A stretch of 43,753 nucleotides of DNA from an uncultured Nitrospirales bacterium (GCA_964493075.1 CAZBNU010000006.1:1-43753); one strand, 5' to 3'. Shown: positions 10,116 through 20,477, numbered from the stretch's first letter. Numbers and translations: made by a program. Notes: generated from the sequence alone by a model not told the origin.

Positions 10116-10426
10116 CTCCAAGTTTTGATTCAAGGGGCGGAATGTATTAGATAGAAATTCCTTTACTATAGAGGAACGGGAGGCACGGATTGGTGATCCG
10201 TCGTATGCAGTGTGTCAGGTTCCTTTCACTTAACTACCAGTAAGTAGCACTTTCCAGAGGTACCTTCCTAGGTCTCGTTATTTTATTAACGAAACGCTTC
10301 GGAATCTGTCATAAAATTTGTTGGGGCACTACTAAAATCTTGAAATATCACGGGCTTTCATGTTATTTTACACAAATTCCAGAATCCTCAAACAGGATTC
10401 ATACGCGTAACAGGAAGGAACAAACC

Positions 10427-11275
10427 GTGCACAAAATCATCTCCAATGAACTTATCAGCCCCAACGTCGCCAAAATGGTGGTGAGCGCCCCCTATGTCGC
10501 CCAGCACCGTAAGGCGGGGCAATTTATCATCCTGCGTGTTGGTGAAACGGGTGAACGCATACCTCTGACCATCGCCGATTCCGATGCGGCAGCAGGCACC
10601 ATTTCCTTGTTCTATCAGATTGTGGGCAAGACCACGACGGACATGTCAAAACTCACTGACAAAGATTCGCTGATGGATGTGGCGGGTCCCCTCGGGCATC
10701 CCACCGAGATCAAGAATTATGGGACAGTGGCTTGTGTGGGTGGCGGTATTGGCGTGGCGCCCATTTACCCCATTTCGAGCGCCATGAAAAAGGCAGGCAA
10801 CCGTGTGGTTAACATTATCGGTGCCCGCAATCAGGAACTGCTTATTCTCGAAGATGAAATTACCGCCATTGGCGATGAAATTATTGTGTGCACAGACGAC
10901 GGCAGTTATGGCCGCAAGGCTTTTGTCACCCAGGCGCTTGAGGAAGTCATTCAGCGCGAAACCGTCAATATCGTCGTTGCCGTGGGCCCCGTTCCCATGA
11001 TGCGTGCTCTGTGCAACTTGACAAAGAAATACGAGATTCACACCATGGTCAGCCTGAACTCCATGATGGTGGATGGCACGGGCATGTGCGGTGGGTGTCG
11101 TGTAACCGTAGATGGCCAGACCAAGTTTACCTGTGTGGATGGTCCTGAATTCGATGGGCACAAGGTTGATTTTGACGAATTGATGACGCGCCTGACCTCC
11201 TACAGAGATCAGGAACAGGAATCTATTGAACACAGTCATAAATGCAAACTGGATGGAGTAACCGGAAATGCCTGA
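10427..11275 (+). CDS. nfnA: Ferredoxin-NADP reductase-like subunit (NfnA/GltD-partner, sulfide dehydrogenase-like FAD/NAD/2Fe-2S protein)
   Basis: GTG start at 10427 preceded by AGGAAGGA. FAD/NAD-binding fold and a C-terminal cluster motif GMCGGCRV...FTCVDGPEF. Confidence 0.8.
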   Translation: MHKIISNELISPNVAKMVVSAPYVAQHRKAGQFIILRVGETGERIPLTIADSDAAAGTISLFYQIVGKTTTDMSKLTDKDSLMDVAGPLGHPTEIKNYGTVACVGGGIGVAPIYPISSAMKKAGNRVVNIIGARNQELLILEDEITAIGDEIIVCTDDGSYGRKAFVTQALEEVIQRETVNIVVAVGPVPMMRALCNLTKKYEIHTMVSLNSMMVDGTGMCGGCRVTVDGQTKFTCVDGPEFDGHKVDFDELMTRLTSYRDQEQESIEHSHKCKLDGVTGNA

Positions 11276-12692
11276 AAAAGCACCAAGACAGAGAATGACG
11301 GAACAGCCGCCAATGGATCGCATCCATAATTTCAATGAAGTGCCTTTTGGCTTGACGGATGAACAGGCGGTTACTGAGGCATCGCGTTGTTTGAAATGCA
11401 AGAAACCCAAATGTGTCGAAGGTTGCCCTGTTAATATTGATATTCCGGGTTTCATTAAGGCAATCGAAGAAAAAGACTTTCGTGGTGCCTTTAATGTTAT
11501 CAAGACCACCAATTCGCTACCAGCGGTATGCGGTCGTGTCTGTCCTCAGGAGAGCCAATGTGAAGAATTATGTATTCTTGGCAAGAAGGGCGATCCAGTG
11601 GCTATCGGTTGTCTTGAGCGTTTTGTGGCGGACTATGAACGTGATCGCGACCGTGTTGCGCCTGTACCGCCCGACAAGGAAACAGGCCGCAAGGTTGCTA
11701 TTATCGGTTCCGGCCCTGCCGGGCTTACCGCAGCAGGTGAAATGCGACGCTTGGGCCATGATGTCACGATTTTCGAAGCCTTCCATAGTCCCGGCGGCGT
11801 GTTGGTGTACGGCATTCCTGAGTTCCGCCTGCCCAAGGAAATTGTGCATTACGAAATTAGTGCGCTCGAACAGATTGGCGTGAAACTGGTGCGCAACCGG
11901 GTGGTTGGCATGTCGGAGACCATAGACGACCTGATGCGACAGGGTTTCGAAACTGTGTTCATCGGTTCTGGCGCCGGACTACCCTTGTTCTTGAATATCC
12001 CTGGTGAGAATTTTATTGGTGTCTATACGGCAAATGAATATCTGACCCGCAACAATCTGATGAAGGCCTACAGGTTCCCCGAATACGATACCCCCATCAT
12101 CAAGGGTAGGAATGTTGCGGTATTCGGTGGCGGTAATGTCGCCATGGACTCTGCACGTACCGCGAAACGGCTTGGCGCAGAGAATGTATATATCATCTAC
12201 CGTCGTTCCAAAACAGAGTTGCCCGCCCGTGCCGAAGAAGTGCATCATGCCGAAGAAGAAGGCATCATTTTCCAACTGCTTTCCAATCCAACCCGCTTTC
12301 TGGGCGATGAAAAAGGCCGGTTGTGCGGTGTGGAATGCCTGCAGATGAAACTTGGGGAACCCGATAAGTCGGGCCGTCCCCGTCCAGTACCAATGGAAGG
12401 TTCGGAGTTCGTCGTGGATATAGACCTCGCCATCATCGCAATCGGCAACTCGCCAAACCCGATTATCCAGCGCACTACAGCAGGGCTGGAGACAACGCGT
12501 TGGGGTACGATTGTGGCAAACGAAAAAACCATGCAAACCACCAAGCCAGGCGTATTTGCTGGCGGCGACGTGGTGACAGGCGCAGCAACCGTGATTCTCG
12601 CCATGGGCGCAGGACGCACTGCCGCGCAGGCCATGCACAAGTATCTCATGGGTGAACCCCTCGAAGAAGAAGCGGAAGCACCCGCCGAATAG
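11268..12692 (+). CDS. nfnB: NADPH-dependent glutamate synthase small-chain homologue (NfnB)
   Basis: 474 aa. Cys motifs CLKCKKPKCVEGCP and CGRVCPQESQCEELC, dinucleotide folds VAIIGSGPAGLTAAGE and VAVFGGGNVAMD. Overlaps nfnA by 8 nt. Confidence 0.88.
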   Translation: MPEKAPRQRMTEQPPMDRIHNFNEVPFGLTDEQAVTEASRCLKCKKPKCVEGCPVNIDIPGFIKAIEEKDFRGAFNVIKTTNSLPAVCGRVCPQESQCEELCILGKKGDPVAIGCLERFVADYERDRDRVAPVPPDKETGRKVAIIGSGPAGLTAAGEMRRLGHDVTIFEAFHSPGGVLVYGIPEFRLPKEIVHYEISALEQIGVKLVRNRVVGMSETIDDLMRQGFETVFIGSGAGLPLFLNIPGENFIGVYTANEYLTRNNLMKAYRFPEYDTPIIKGRNVAVFGGGNVAMDSARTAKRLGAENVYIIYRRSKTELPARAEEVHHAEEEGIIFQLLSNPTRFLGDEKGRLCGVECLQMKLGEPDKSGRPRPVPMEGSEFVVDIDLAIIAIGNSPNPIIQRTTAGLETTRWGTIVANEKTMQTTKPGVFAGGDVVTGAATVILAMGAGRTAAQAMHKYLMGEPLEEEAEAPAE

Positions 12693-12717
12693 ACTGTAAC
12701 GCACAAAAAATACTGAC

Positions 12718-12755
12718 GCAGCCGATTGATGACTAGCCGGCTGCGTTTTGTTTAG
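12718..12755. terminator. Bidirectional intrinsic terminator between convergent nfnB and hicB
   Basis: A 9-bp stem, ACGCAGCCG (12718-12726) with CGGCTGCGT (12740-12748). It is followed by TTTTGTTT on the plus strand and by a T-run (TATTTTTT) on the minus strand. Confidence 0.7.
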
Positions 12756-12803
12756 GGGGCAGATAAATATGTTGTGGTGCAGGCTTCAAGCCCATACTAT
12801 GCG

Positions 12804-13043
12804 TCAGGCAACCCCCTGCATTTTGTTTGCATAATCGCGGCATGATGTTGCTGGCGGCAAATTACGTCCTTCGCTGCGATAAAGGGCAATAGTCTCTTCG
12901 ACAATAGCGCACAAATGTACGAAAACTTCCTTCTCGTCTGATCCATGACAACCACCGTACAATAGACCGGGTGCGCTGCCCACATAACAATTGTCTTCTT
13001 CAGACCATTCGATAATCTTTGCGTAACGATCCGTTTCTTTCAT
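12804..13043 (-). CDS. hicB: HicB-like antitoxin (short form, no recognisable DNA-binding domain)
   Basis: 79 aa. YAKIIEWSEEDNCYVGSAPGLLYGGCHGSDEKE is typical of short HicB-like antitoxins. ATGA overlap with hicA. Confidence 0.8.
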   Translation of the reverse strand: MKETDRYAKIIEWSEEDNCYVGSAPGLLYGGCHGSDEKEVFVHLCAIVEETIALYRSEGRNLPPATSCRDYANKMQGVA

Positions 13044-13237
13044 TTGTTGATCTCCCTGAGCGCCGATTGGACGGCGCGTATCTGATAATGTTTGGCATCA
13101 TCATTCATATTTCCGGAAACTGTTATTGGTTTTGAAATAAGGGGATGCATGAAATTTCGATGACTTCCTTTTCCACCACGATCACTAAACCCAGCACTCA
13201 GTAGGTCTTTGACAAGGTCTCTTACTTTTGGCGGCAT
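13040..13237 (-). CDS. hicA: HicA mRNA interferase toxin
   Basis: 65 aa. The pattern KVRDLVKDLLSAGF...GKGSHRNFMHP matches the HicA/YcfA family, including the catalytic-region GSH. Confidence 0.85.
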   Translation of the reverse strand: MPPKVRDLVKDLLSAGFSDRGGKGSHRNFMHPLISKPITVSGNMNDDAKHYQIRAVQSALREINK

Positions 13238-13508
13238 AATTTACTCCAGCAATACTAAACTCAACCTATTATACACATCACTATAACGGGTTTGGAGGGG
13301 ATGAAGCAACAGAGGTAAGGAGACGTATAATTATGTGGAAAAATGATGAATCTTGGACTTTTCCTTATTTGAAAAAAATATGCTCACAGCCACTGGCAGC
13401 CTGAAATCACTGCCTATGTTGCAGTACCCGTATCCCGTTGCGTACACTACAGTAACGGGGTTATGTAACCGTATTGTATCTATTGCCAGCCAACAAGGAC
13501 TATCCTGC

Positions 13509-15548
13509 ATGAGTGAAAGAATGTATATGCGTTTTAAAGCCGTATTTCTGAGTGTTGCCTTCATGTTATGCATCAACATGGTGGCGCACAGTGACACAAC
13601 CTTGTCTGATGCCATTAAAGTCGCTGTGGACAAGGTTAACCCGGCACTGGTGCGTATTCAAGTGGTAGAGGCGTACTATCGTGAGGGGCGCGAGATGAAA
13701 TACGAGGCATCGGGTAGCGGTGTGGTTATCACTCCTGAGGGTCATGTGATTACAAATCATCATGTGGCTGGTCACGCAAAACAGCTGAAATGTGTGTTCG
13801 CTGATAAATCAGAATACGAGGCGGAACTGGTAGGCACCGATCCCCTAACGGACATTGCTGTTATCTTACTGAAAGGGGAAGAAGGTACGCGTTTTCCGAC
13901 CGTATCCTGGGGAGATTCTGCCCTGGTGCAAAAGGCAGACCATGTACTGGCTATGGGAAGTCCATTGGCCTTGTCGCAATCGGTTACGTTGGGCATTATC
14001 AGCAACACGGAAATGATTATGCCGGAGTGGATGAGTCAGTATGGTGGACTTACCATGGATGGCGAGGATGTCGGTGCGCTGGTGCGATGGATAGCCCATG
14101 ATGCCCAGATATTTGGCGGTAACTCGGGGGGGCCGTTGGTGAACTTGAACGGAGAAATTATCGGCATCAATGAAATCAGCATGGGACTCAGTGGAGCGAT
14201 CCCCAGCAATCTGGCGAAGAGCGTTGCCAACGAACTGATGGCTACCGGAAAGGTTCGCCGGGCCTGGGTGGGCCTTGAAGTACAGCCCCGTCTTAAATCT
14301 TCGGAGGACCAGACCGGGGCGCTCATAAGCGGCGCCATTGCGGACTCGCCTGCTTCCAAAGCGGACATTAAATCCGGTGATATGTTGTTGTCGATAGCAG
14401 GTACGCCGGTGAATATCCAGTTTCCTGTGCAGTTGCCTGATCTCAATCTGCTTGTCTGCTCGCTACCGATTGGCGAACCCGTTCCATTTGTTATTAAGCG
14501 GGGAGAGGAAACGCTAACGGTCGAAGTAACCCCTATAGAACGGGAGCCCTATGAACCGAAACAGTTTGAGCAATTGCAGTGGGGAATTACCATTCGCGAT
14601 ATTTCTTTTATGATGGCCCGCGAAATGAAAAGAGAAAACACTGACGGTGTGCTGGTGACATCGGTGCGTTCCGGAGGCCCTTCTGGCGATGCACGGCCAC
14701 CCCTGTCCGAAAAGGATATAATCGTTGCCGTGGGTTCCATACCTGTGAAGAACGTGCGGGAGTTTCTGGAAGCAACGGATACGCTGATAAAGGATGCGAA
14801 GGAGCCGGTTCCCGTGTTGACGACATTCGAGCGGAAAACTGACCGTCTGGTGACGGTGGTCAAGGTAGGCATACGCGAATTGAGTGATCCGGGATTGGAA
14901 GTGAAGAAAGCCTGGTTGCCAGTGGAATACCAGGTCGTCACCCGTGATATTGCCGAATTGCTTGGGGATGCTGACTTGACCGGATTTCGTGTTACCCACG
15001 TTTACAAGAAGAGCAGTGCAGAAGAAGCGGGGATACTCGTGGGTGATCTCATTCTCGCCGTGGACGACGAGGTGATGACAGCTTCTTCGCCGGAACATTA
15101 CGAGGAACTTTCCGCATACATACGTCAATACCCGATAAATGAAACAATATCTTTGAAAGTTAAACGGGGCGATAAGGAGTTGGTACAGGAGGTCAAGTTG
15201 GCACAGGCGCCAAAACTAGCGCGGGAGATGAAGAAGTATCAGGACGAAGTCTTCGAGTTTACCGTGCGCGACATTACCTTCTTTGATCGTGCCTCTGAAC
15301 GCTGGGATGAGAAGCAGGAAGGGGTGTTGGTGGAACAGGTGAAGCCTGGCGGGTGGGCGGCCCTTGGCCGCTTGTCTGTGGGCGACCTCATCGTTGCAAT
15401 TGATGAGACGGTTATAAACCAAGTTTCCGATGTGCGCGAAAAAATGAATGTGATGAACGCGGAGAAAATTACCTCGGTGGTGTTCAAGGTAAAACGCGGC
15501 ATACGGACTCTGTATCTCGAACTTGAACCCAAATGGAGTACCCGCTGA
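13509..15548 (+). CDS. Secreted HtrA/DegP-like trypsin-fold serine protease with about four PDZ domains
   Basis: Catalytic triad contexts TNHHVAG (His), DIAVILL (Asp) and GNSGGPLV (Ser). A signal-like segment (FKAVFLSVAFMLCINMVAHS) follows the ATGs at 13509, 13521 and 13527. Four successive PDZ-like segments of about 90 aa follow (GALISGAI.., GVLVTSVR.., FRVTHVYK.., GVLVEQVK..). Confidence 0.85.
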   Translation: MSERMYMRFKAVFLSVAFMLCINMVAHSDTTLSDAIKVAVDKVNPALVRIQVVEAYYREGREMKYEASGSGVVITPEGHVITNHHVAGHAKQLKCVFADKSEYEAELVGTDPLTDIAVILLKGEEGTRFPTVSWGDSALVQKADHVLAMGSPLALSQSVTLGIISNTEMIMPEWMSQYGGLTMDGEDVGALVRWIAHDAQIFGGNSGGPLVNLNGEIIGINEISMGLSGAIPSNLAKSVANELMATGKVRRAWVGLEVQPRLKSSEDQTGALISGAIADSPASKADIKSGDMLLSIAGTPVNIQFPVQLPDLNLLVCSLPIGEPVPFVIKRGEETLTVEVTPIEREPYEPKQFEQLQWGITIRDISFMMAREMKRENTDGVLVTSVRSGGPSGDARPPLSEKDIIVAVGSIPVKNVREFLEATDTLIKDAKEPVPVLTTFERKTDRLVTVVKVGIRELSDPGLEVKKAWLPVEYQVVTRDIAELLGDADLTGFRVTHVYKKSSAEEAGILVGDLILAVDDEVMTASSPEHYEELSAYIRQYPINETISLKVKRGDKELVQEVKLAQAPKLAREMKKYQDEVFEFTVRDITFFDRASERWDEKQEGVLVEQVKPGGWAALGRLSVGDLIVAIDETVINQVSDVREKMNVMNAEKITSVVFKVKRGIRTLYLELEPKWSTR

Positions 15549-15564
15549 TCCAGTACAAACCGAA

Positions 15565-18234
15565 TTATTGCAAGCGATCCAGCAGCATAAATGCCTCTGG
15601 AAATATGTGTCGTGCATCTTCGTCATCAAGTTGATCCATCAATTCGCGAATACGCGCTGGGTTTGCGTCTACATAATAGGACTTGTAGAAGGGGAGGAGT
15701 TCCGGCATCATGTCGGCAAGCGTTTCAAATACTTCCCTGCCAGCGCTGTCTTGTCCTGCCCCTGTGAAGGAACGCCACCGTGCCCATAATACCCACGAAT
15801 CCTGTTCCGCCTGCAGTACGGGATTATCCGCCAGCAATGCCGCCTCCTCATAGTTGCCGAGTGCAACAAGGCTGTTCATCAACAGATAGAGGATATAGGC
15901 ATTGTCAGGGGCATGGTCAAGGGCTACACGCAATGCCGACTCGGCGGCGTGATGATTGCCCAGAGCGGCTTCCGCAATGCCTAGACGCATGTAAAGCCAC
16001 CGGTATTCAGGCCACTCTTCGATGCCGTCTTTTAGCAGGAGAACCGCCTGCTCATAGGATTTGGTTTCTGTGAGGGAGATGCCATAAGCTTCAATGACTT
16101 CAGGCGGCATATTGTGAACCATACCCGTGTACTGTTGGAAGAAGTGAACTGCCTTCTGATGGTCTCCGGATTTATGGGCGGCAATTCCTAAGTAGAGAAA
16201 TGACTCCGGACAGGCCAGGGAGGGTTCTGCCCCAAATTTTCCCAATGCCGCGATAAATGGCGTGTTATCCGTGTAAAATGCGGTCGGCATGTATTTTTTA
16301 AGTTGATCACATGAGGATGTGCCGGGGTTTCGGAGAGCAATATTCGCTAATTGTTCCAAGTTGAGAACAACATCGAGTGACGTTGCAAGGGCTGACACTC
16401 TTGTTGCTGCAACCAGGCTGCTTTGTGTTGCCTTGGCAAATGCGGAAGCCGCCAAGTCAGTATACCCGGCAATGGAAGATTCAATGCCCAACCGCAGCCA
16501 AAATCCGCCTTCTTCGTCGGGAAGATATTGAATTTCCTTCATCGTGTGATGAATGAGAGGAAGCGACGCATTTTGAGCAAGTTTATTGATCAAATTGTTA
16601 AAAATAGTTTTCCCATCTTCTTCTATTGTCTCTGTCGCAGAAAAATTACTGGGAGATATTCTGTATAGAGCAAGGTCACGCTCCCCTGGAGAATAGCGGC
16701 GCTCGTAGGCTAGATGGTTGTTTTTCAGGCATGACATGAAAGTTGTCTCATCAAAGTCCGTAGTCAGCACCAAAAGAATCCAGATTTCTGGCATCGTGTC
16801 ATTTGATGGCATACACAAAAGTGATGCAGTTTCGCAGAGCGTTCCCCGATTGAATGCGGCGACAATAGGAACGGGAGGTGTTCCCTCAATATTTATCTTC
16901 AATACCGGGAGAAAAAAGGGGTCTTCTAGAAGAAGGATAGCATCCGTTTCTTTTGATTGGATCACATGTTCGTAATTCTGTCGCCAGGCAGAACGGGTTT
17001 GCGGAGGAAGGGCAATGGAAAGTTGGTAGAGGTAAAGGACTCCTATGAAAACTAACCCGGCAGGATAAAGGCGCTTGCGGGTCAAGAGACCTATCATCCC
17101 GCCTGCGAGCAGATAGAAAGCAAACATGCTGTACATGACATACCGGGAACCATAAACAGGTCGCCATACAAAGGATAACAGCGTAATCGATGCTACGGGC
17201 AACAGCGCCCAACATAAGAGCAGTGCCCAGCGCAGCACGGCCTCCCGTTCTCTTTTTTTGAAGCCCTGGATAAGAAACCAAAATCCGGCGCAGAGTGATG
17301 TCAGTGACAACAAAACGAGAAGTCCATCAAATATAGTGTGGTTGTCCCGTATCCATTGTTGAAAAGGGGCAGGCATAAAATACCAGGAAACCGTGGAGGG
17401 GAAGAAAGATGTCGCAGAAAGGGAAGTGCTGTCCCCGGAAAAAGTATGAATGAATACCGTGGAGGGCGTAGGTAGTTCGTAGTAACTGTAAAGTTCTTCG
17501 GCCTGCTGTGGAATAGCGCTCACCCAGGCAACCAATACGACCATCAGCAGCCCATGGCTAAGCCCCCATAAAAATGCCCTGAAATTTAGACGTCGTTCTG
17601 CAAGTAGAAGTACCACACCATATACCGGCAGTAGAAACACGGCAAAGTAATGACTGAAAACAAGTGCACCATTGGATAGAAGGTGCAGGAACCACCAGCG
17701 CAGGTGTTGTGTTCGCAAACCCAGCAGAAAGGTGATCATGCCGCATAAGGTAAACAGCGAAACGAACGCATACATGCGCGCTTCCTGAGAATGAAAAACG
17801 TGAACGGGAGAAAAAGTGATGCAGGTCAGTACCACCAGGGCGGCTTTTCGGGAGAGGGCGCTGGGCTGGAATAGCAGGCGGGTTGCACAATATCCCAAAA
17901 ACATAACGGCGATTCCGGCAAGGGCGGACAATAGACGTATATGGGCAATGGAATCGCCCGCGATTTTTGTCCAGAAATAGAACAAGGCAGGGGTTAGTGG
18001 TGCGCCGTAAGGATACAGGTCTCTCTGCTGTTCAAAAAAGGCGGAAAAGTCCGGTGTTCCCAACGCACTGACACAGGCATATTCTTCGAGATCAATGGAT
18101 TCACCGCCCAAATTATAAAGGCGTACACCGGTTCCAAGTGCAAGCAGAAGGATACATAAGAAAATATGTGTATCAACCGTTATGCCTTTATGCGGCCTGT
18201 TCTCAGATAAGGTGTTGTTCTTTTTTAAGGGCAT
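15565..18234 (-). CDS. Polytopic membrane glycosyltransferase-like protein (GT39/ArnT/PMT_2-like N-terminal half) fused to C-terminal TPR repeats
   Basis: 889 aa. The first ~400 aa contain about 11 hydrophobic helices. The C-terminal ~250 aa carry TPR-like repeats (YLGIAAHKSGDHQKAVHFFQQY; LGIAEAALGNHHAAESALRVALDHAPDN). Confidence 0.65.
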   Translation of the reverse strand: MPLKKNNTLSENRPHKGITVDTHIFLCILLLALGTGVRLYNLGGESIDLEEYACVSALGTPDFSAFFEQQRDLYPYGAPLTPALFYFWTKIAGDSIAHIRLLSALAGIAVMFLGYCATRLLFQPSALSRKAALVVLTCITFSPVHVFHSQEARMYAFVSLFTLCGMITFLLGLRTQHLRWWFLHLLSNGALVFSHYFAVFLLPVYGVVLLLAERRLNFRAFLWGLSHGLLMVVLVAWVSAIPQQAEELYSYYELPTPSTVFIHTFSGDSTSLSATSFFPSTVSWYFMPAPFQQWIRDNHTIFDGLLVLLSLTSLCAGFWFLIQGFKKREREAVLRWALLLCWALLPVASITLLSFVWRPVYGSRYVMYSMFAFYLLAGGMIGLLTRKRLYPAGLVFIGVLYLYQLSIALPPQTRSAWRQNYEHVIQSKETDAILLLEDPFFLPVLKINIEGTPPVPIVAAFNRGTLCETASLLCMPSNDTMPEIWILLVLTTDFDETTFMSCLKNNHLAYERRYSPGERDLALYRISPSNFSATETIEEDGKTIFNNLINKLAQNASLPLIHHTMKEIQYLPDEEGGFWLRLGIESSIAGYTDLAASAFAKATQSSLVAATRVSALATSLDVVLNLEQLANIALRNPGTSSCDQLKKYMPTAFYTDNTPFIAALGKFGAEPSLACPESFLYLGIAAHKSGDHQKAVHFFQQYTGMVHNMPPEVIEAYGISLTETKSYEQAVLLLKDGIEEWPEYRWLYMRLGIAEAALGNHHAAESALRVALDHAPDNAYILYLLMNSLVALGNYEEAALLADNPVLQAEQDSWVLWARWRSFTGAGQDSAGREVFETLADMMPELLPFYKSYYVDANPARIRELMDQLDDEDARHIFPEAFMLLDRLQ

Positions 18235-18310
18235 ATTCAGAACTGCCTGCTGTTATATCCTTGCCAACGCGGTTGTGGTACTACCCAAGCATAATGACAT
18301 ATTGCCGACA

Positions 18311-19606
18311 TCAAAAGACAACTGGCTTAGCCCCATAGCGTTTCATCAGGATAAGGCGTGCTTCTCCTACGGCATATATGGATCCGGTAACTAACAATGG
18401 ACGTTCCTTCGTAGCGAGACGTATTCCTTCCTCAAGCGCCTGTGCAAGGGTGGGGGATATCTGGTGCGGAATGTCTCCTGCATGGGTTCGTAGTTGTTCA
18501 AGGGGCAGACAGCGCCCCCCTGAGTACTGGGTCAGAATAAGGGGGGACGAAATCGGCGCCAGGATGTTAATCATACTTGAGATGTCTTTATCGGAAGAAA
18601 CGGAAAACACCGTTACGCAGTGCGGCAGGGCTTGAGCCAAAGCCTGGCATCCTGAGGGATTATGGGCTACGTCCATGATTACAGGGGGTGCATCCATCAC
18701 CAATTCCAGGCGGCCAGGCCAGCGTGCACTCTTAAGACCGTCGCTTACAACCGTTGGCGTTATCTTGGGAAAACTGCCACGAATCAGTCCGGCAAGGGCA
18801 ATAGCCACCCCAGCATTGTATACCTGATGCATACCGGCAAGTCCTAACGGTGCCTCTTCAATATCGAAGCCTGGACCATGATAGGAAACTGTGGGGTGCA
18901 GTACGTCGCCGCCGGGGAAAATCTGGTATTCTTCGCCCAGAAGAGATAGCGTTGAATTTACCCGCTGGGCTTGTGCCTTGATAATGGTCAGGGGACTCGC
19001 TGCGATGGGCCCCGTTACAGCAGGCACGTCTTTTTTGAGTATGCCTGCTTTTTCAAAGGCAATTTGCTCAAGCGTTTCGCCAAGATATTGTGTATGGTCA
19101 TAGTCTATTGTGGTGATGCCACACACTAGCGGATCCACAATGTTGGTGGAATCAAAACGTCCGCCCATGCCTACCTCCACAAGGGCAATATCCAGTTCGT
19201 GCCGGGCAAAGCAACGGAAAGCGATAGCGGTGTTCATCTCAAAGTACGTCGGTGTAATTTCAGTTTTCTCCGCCGTGCAACGTAATGCCGCAAGATGTTC
19301 GTAGAGTTCACCGTCGCTTATGGGCATATCATCAATAAGAAAGCGCTCATTTACCGATATAAGATGTGGGCTCGTAAAGCGTCCGGTGCGGTATCCCGCC
19401 TTTCGGAGAATGGCATTCAGAAACGTGAGTACACTTCCCTTGCCATTGGTACCTGCCACATGCACCACGGGGTAGCGATTTTGCGGATTGCCCTCATGCG
19501 TCATCAATTGCTGAATGTTATGAAGGCCCAGTTTGATGCCATGGACAATCAGCGAGTCCATGTACTGAAGTAATGCCGCTGGTGAAGAGGGGTTATGCAG
19601 TACCAT
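18311..19606 (-). CDS. folC: Folylpolyglutamate synthase/dihydrofolate synthase
   Basis: 431 aa. Mur-ligase P-loop VAGTNGKGSV. Overlaps accD by 14 nt, giving the classical accD-folC gene pair. Confidence 0.92.
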   Translation of the reverse strand: MVLHNPSSPAALLQYMDSLIVHGIKLGLHNIQQLMTHEGNPQNRYPVVHVAGTNGKGSVLTFLNAILRKAGYRTGRFTSPHLISVNERFLIDDMPISDGELYEHLAALRCTAEKTEITPTYFEMNTAIAFRCFARHELDIALVEVGMGGRFDSTNIVDPLVCGITTIDYDHTQYLGETLEQIAFEKAGILKKDVPAVTGPIAASPLTIIKAQAQRVNSTLSLLGEEYQIFPGGDVLHPTVSYHGPGFDIEEAPLGLAGMHQVYNAGVAIALAGLIRGSFPKITPTVVSDGLKSARWPGRLELVMDAPPVIMDVAHNPSGCQALAQALPHCVTVFSVSSDKDISSMINILAPISSPLILTQYSGGRCLPLEQLRTHAGDIPHQISPTLAQALEEGIRLATKERPLLVTGSIYAVGEARLILMKRYGAKPVVF

Positions 19607-20471
19607 GGCCGTTACCTGAGTGCGAAAGGGGAGGTGTCAGATACTTCACAAGCCGCCCCAGGTAACCCCGCATTTCCTGGCGCTTGACAATGGCATCTAT
19701 GTATCCATTTTGAAACTGGTACTCGGCGCTTTGGAAACCTTCCGGTAATTTTACCTTTAACGCGCCCATGATGAGGCGCTTCCCGGCAAACCCGATGTAA
19801 GCACCTGGTTCGGCGATTATAATATCGCCCAGTGAGGCGAAACTCGCCCAGACGCCTCCAGTTGTAGGATCGGTAAGCACCGTAATATAGGGAATGCCTG
19901 CATCGTTGATGCGTTTCACGGCATCCGCAGTTTTTGCCATCTGCATAAGCGCCAGAATCCCTTCCTGCATACGGGCGCCGCCACTCGCAGTAAATACAAT
20001 AAGGGGTATTGAGTACTCTATGGCATCATTCACCATGCGGCAGAATTTTTCACCAACTACAGAGCCCATACTCCCCATGATGAATTCCGCTTCCATTACT
20101 CCCAGAACTACGGAGGTACCGTGAATTGTTGCGGTGCCCGTAAGTAGCGCTTCCTTTAGTTGGGAATCTTTTTGTGCGCGAACCACCCGCTCGTCATAAC
20201 TTTCACCGCCCGCGCAAAATCCTAATGGATCAACCGTAGTCAGACCAGTATGGGTTTCCGAAAAGGATTTTGGATCAACAGTTGTTTCGATACGCTTCCA
20301 GGCATTAATACGATAGTGCTTTCCGCAAACTGGGCAAACCTGCATGTTCTCTTCTACGTCAGTACGGTATACGGTCTGGTGGCAGGCGTCACACTTAATC
20401 CACAGGCCTTCTGGAATGTCGCTCTTGGCGCTGTTGCGAAGTGAAAAGCGTTTTCTTGAAAACAAGGGCAT
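19593..20471 (-). CDS. accD: Acetyl-CoA carboxylase carboxyltransferase beta subunit
   Basis: 292 aa. N-terminal zinc finger CDACHQ...CPVCGKH and carboxyltransferase motif SGGARMQEG. Confidence 0.95.
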   Translation of the reverse strand: MPLFSRKRFSLRNSAKSDIPEGLWIKCDACHQTVYRTDVEENMQVCPVCGKHYRINAWKRIETTVDPKSFSETHTGLTTVDPLGFCAGGESYDERVVRAQKDSQLKEALLTGTATIHGTSVVLGVMEAEFIMGSMGSVVGEKFCRMVNDAIEYSIPLIVFTASGGARMQEGILALMQMAKTADAVKRINDAGIPYITVLTDPTTGGVWASFASLGDIIIAEPGAYIGFAGKRLIMGALKVKLPEGFQSAEYQFQNGYIDAIVKRQEMRGYLGRLVKYLTPPLSHSGNGHGTA

Positions 20472-20477
20472 GAGTTC

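Noticed and set aside
10646-12704. Minus-strand ORFs (10646-11512, 11979-12704) opposite nfnA/nfnB
   Set aside because: They are antisense to genes with clear Fe-S and FAD motifs. Their translations lack motifs.
13353-13508. Upstream extension of the protease ORF
   Set aside because: The extension precedes the signal-peptide-like segment and has no RBS. Starting at the clustered ATGs (13509-13527) gives a normal secretion signal.
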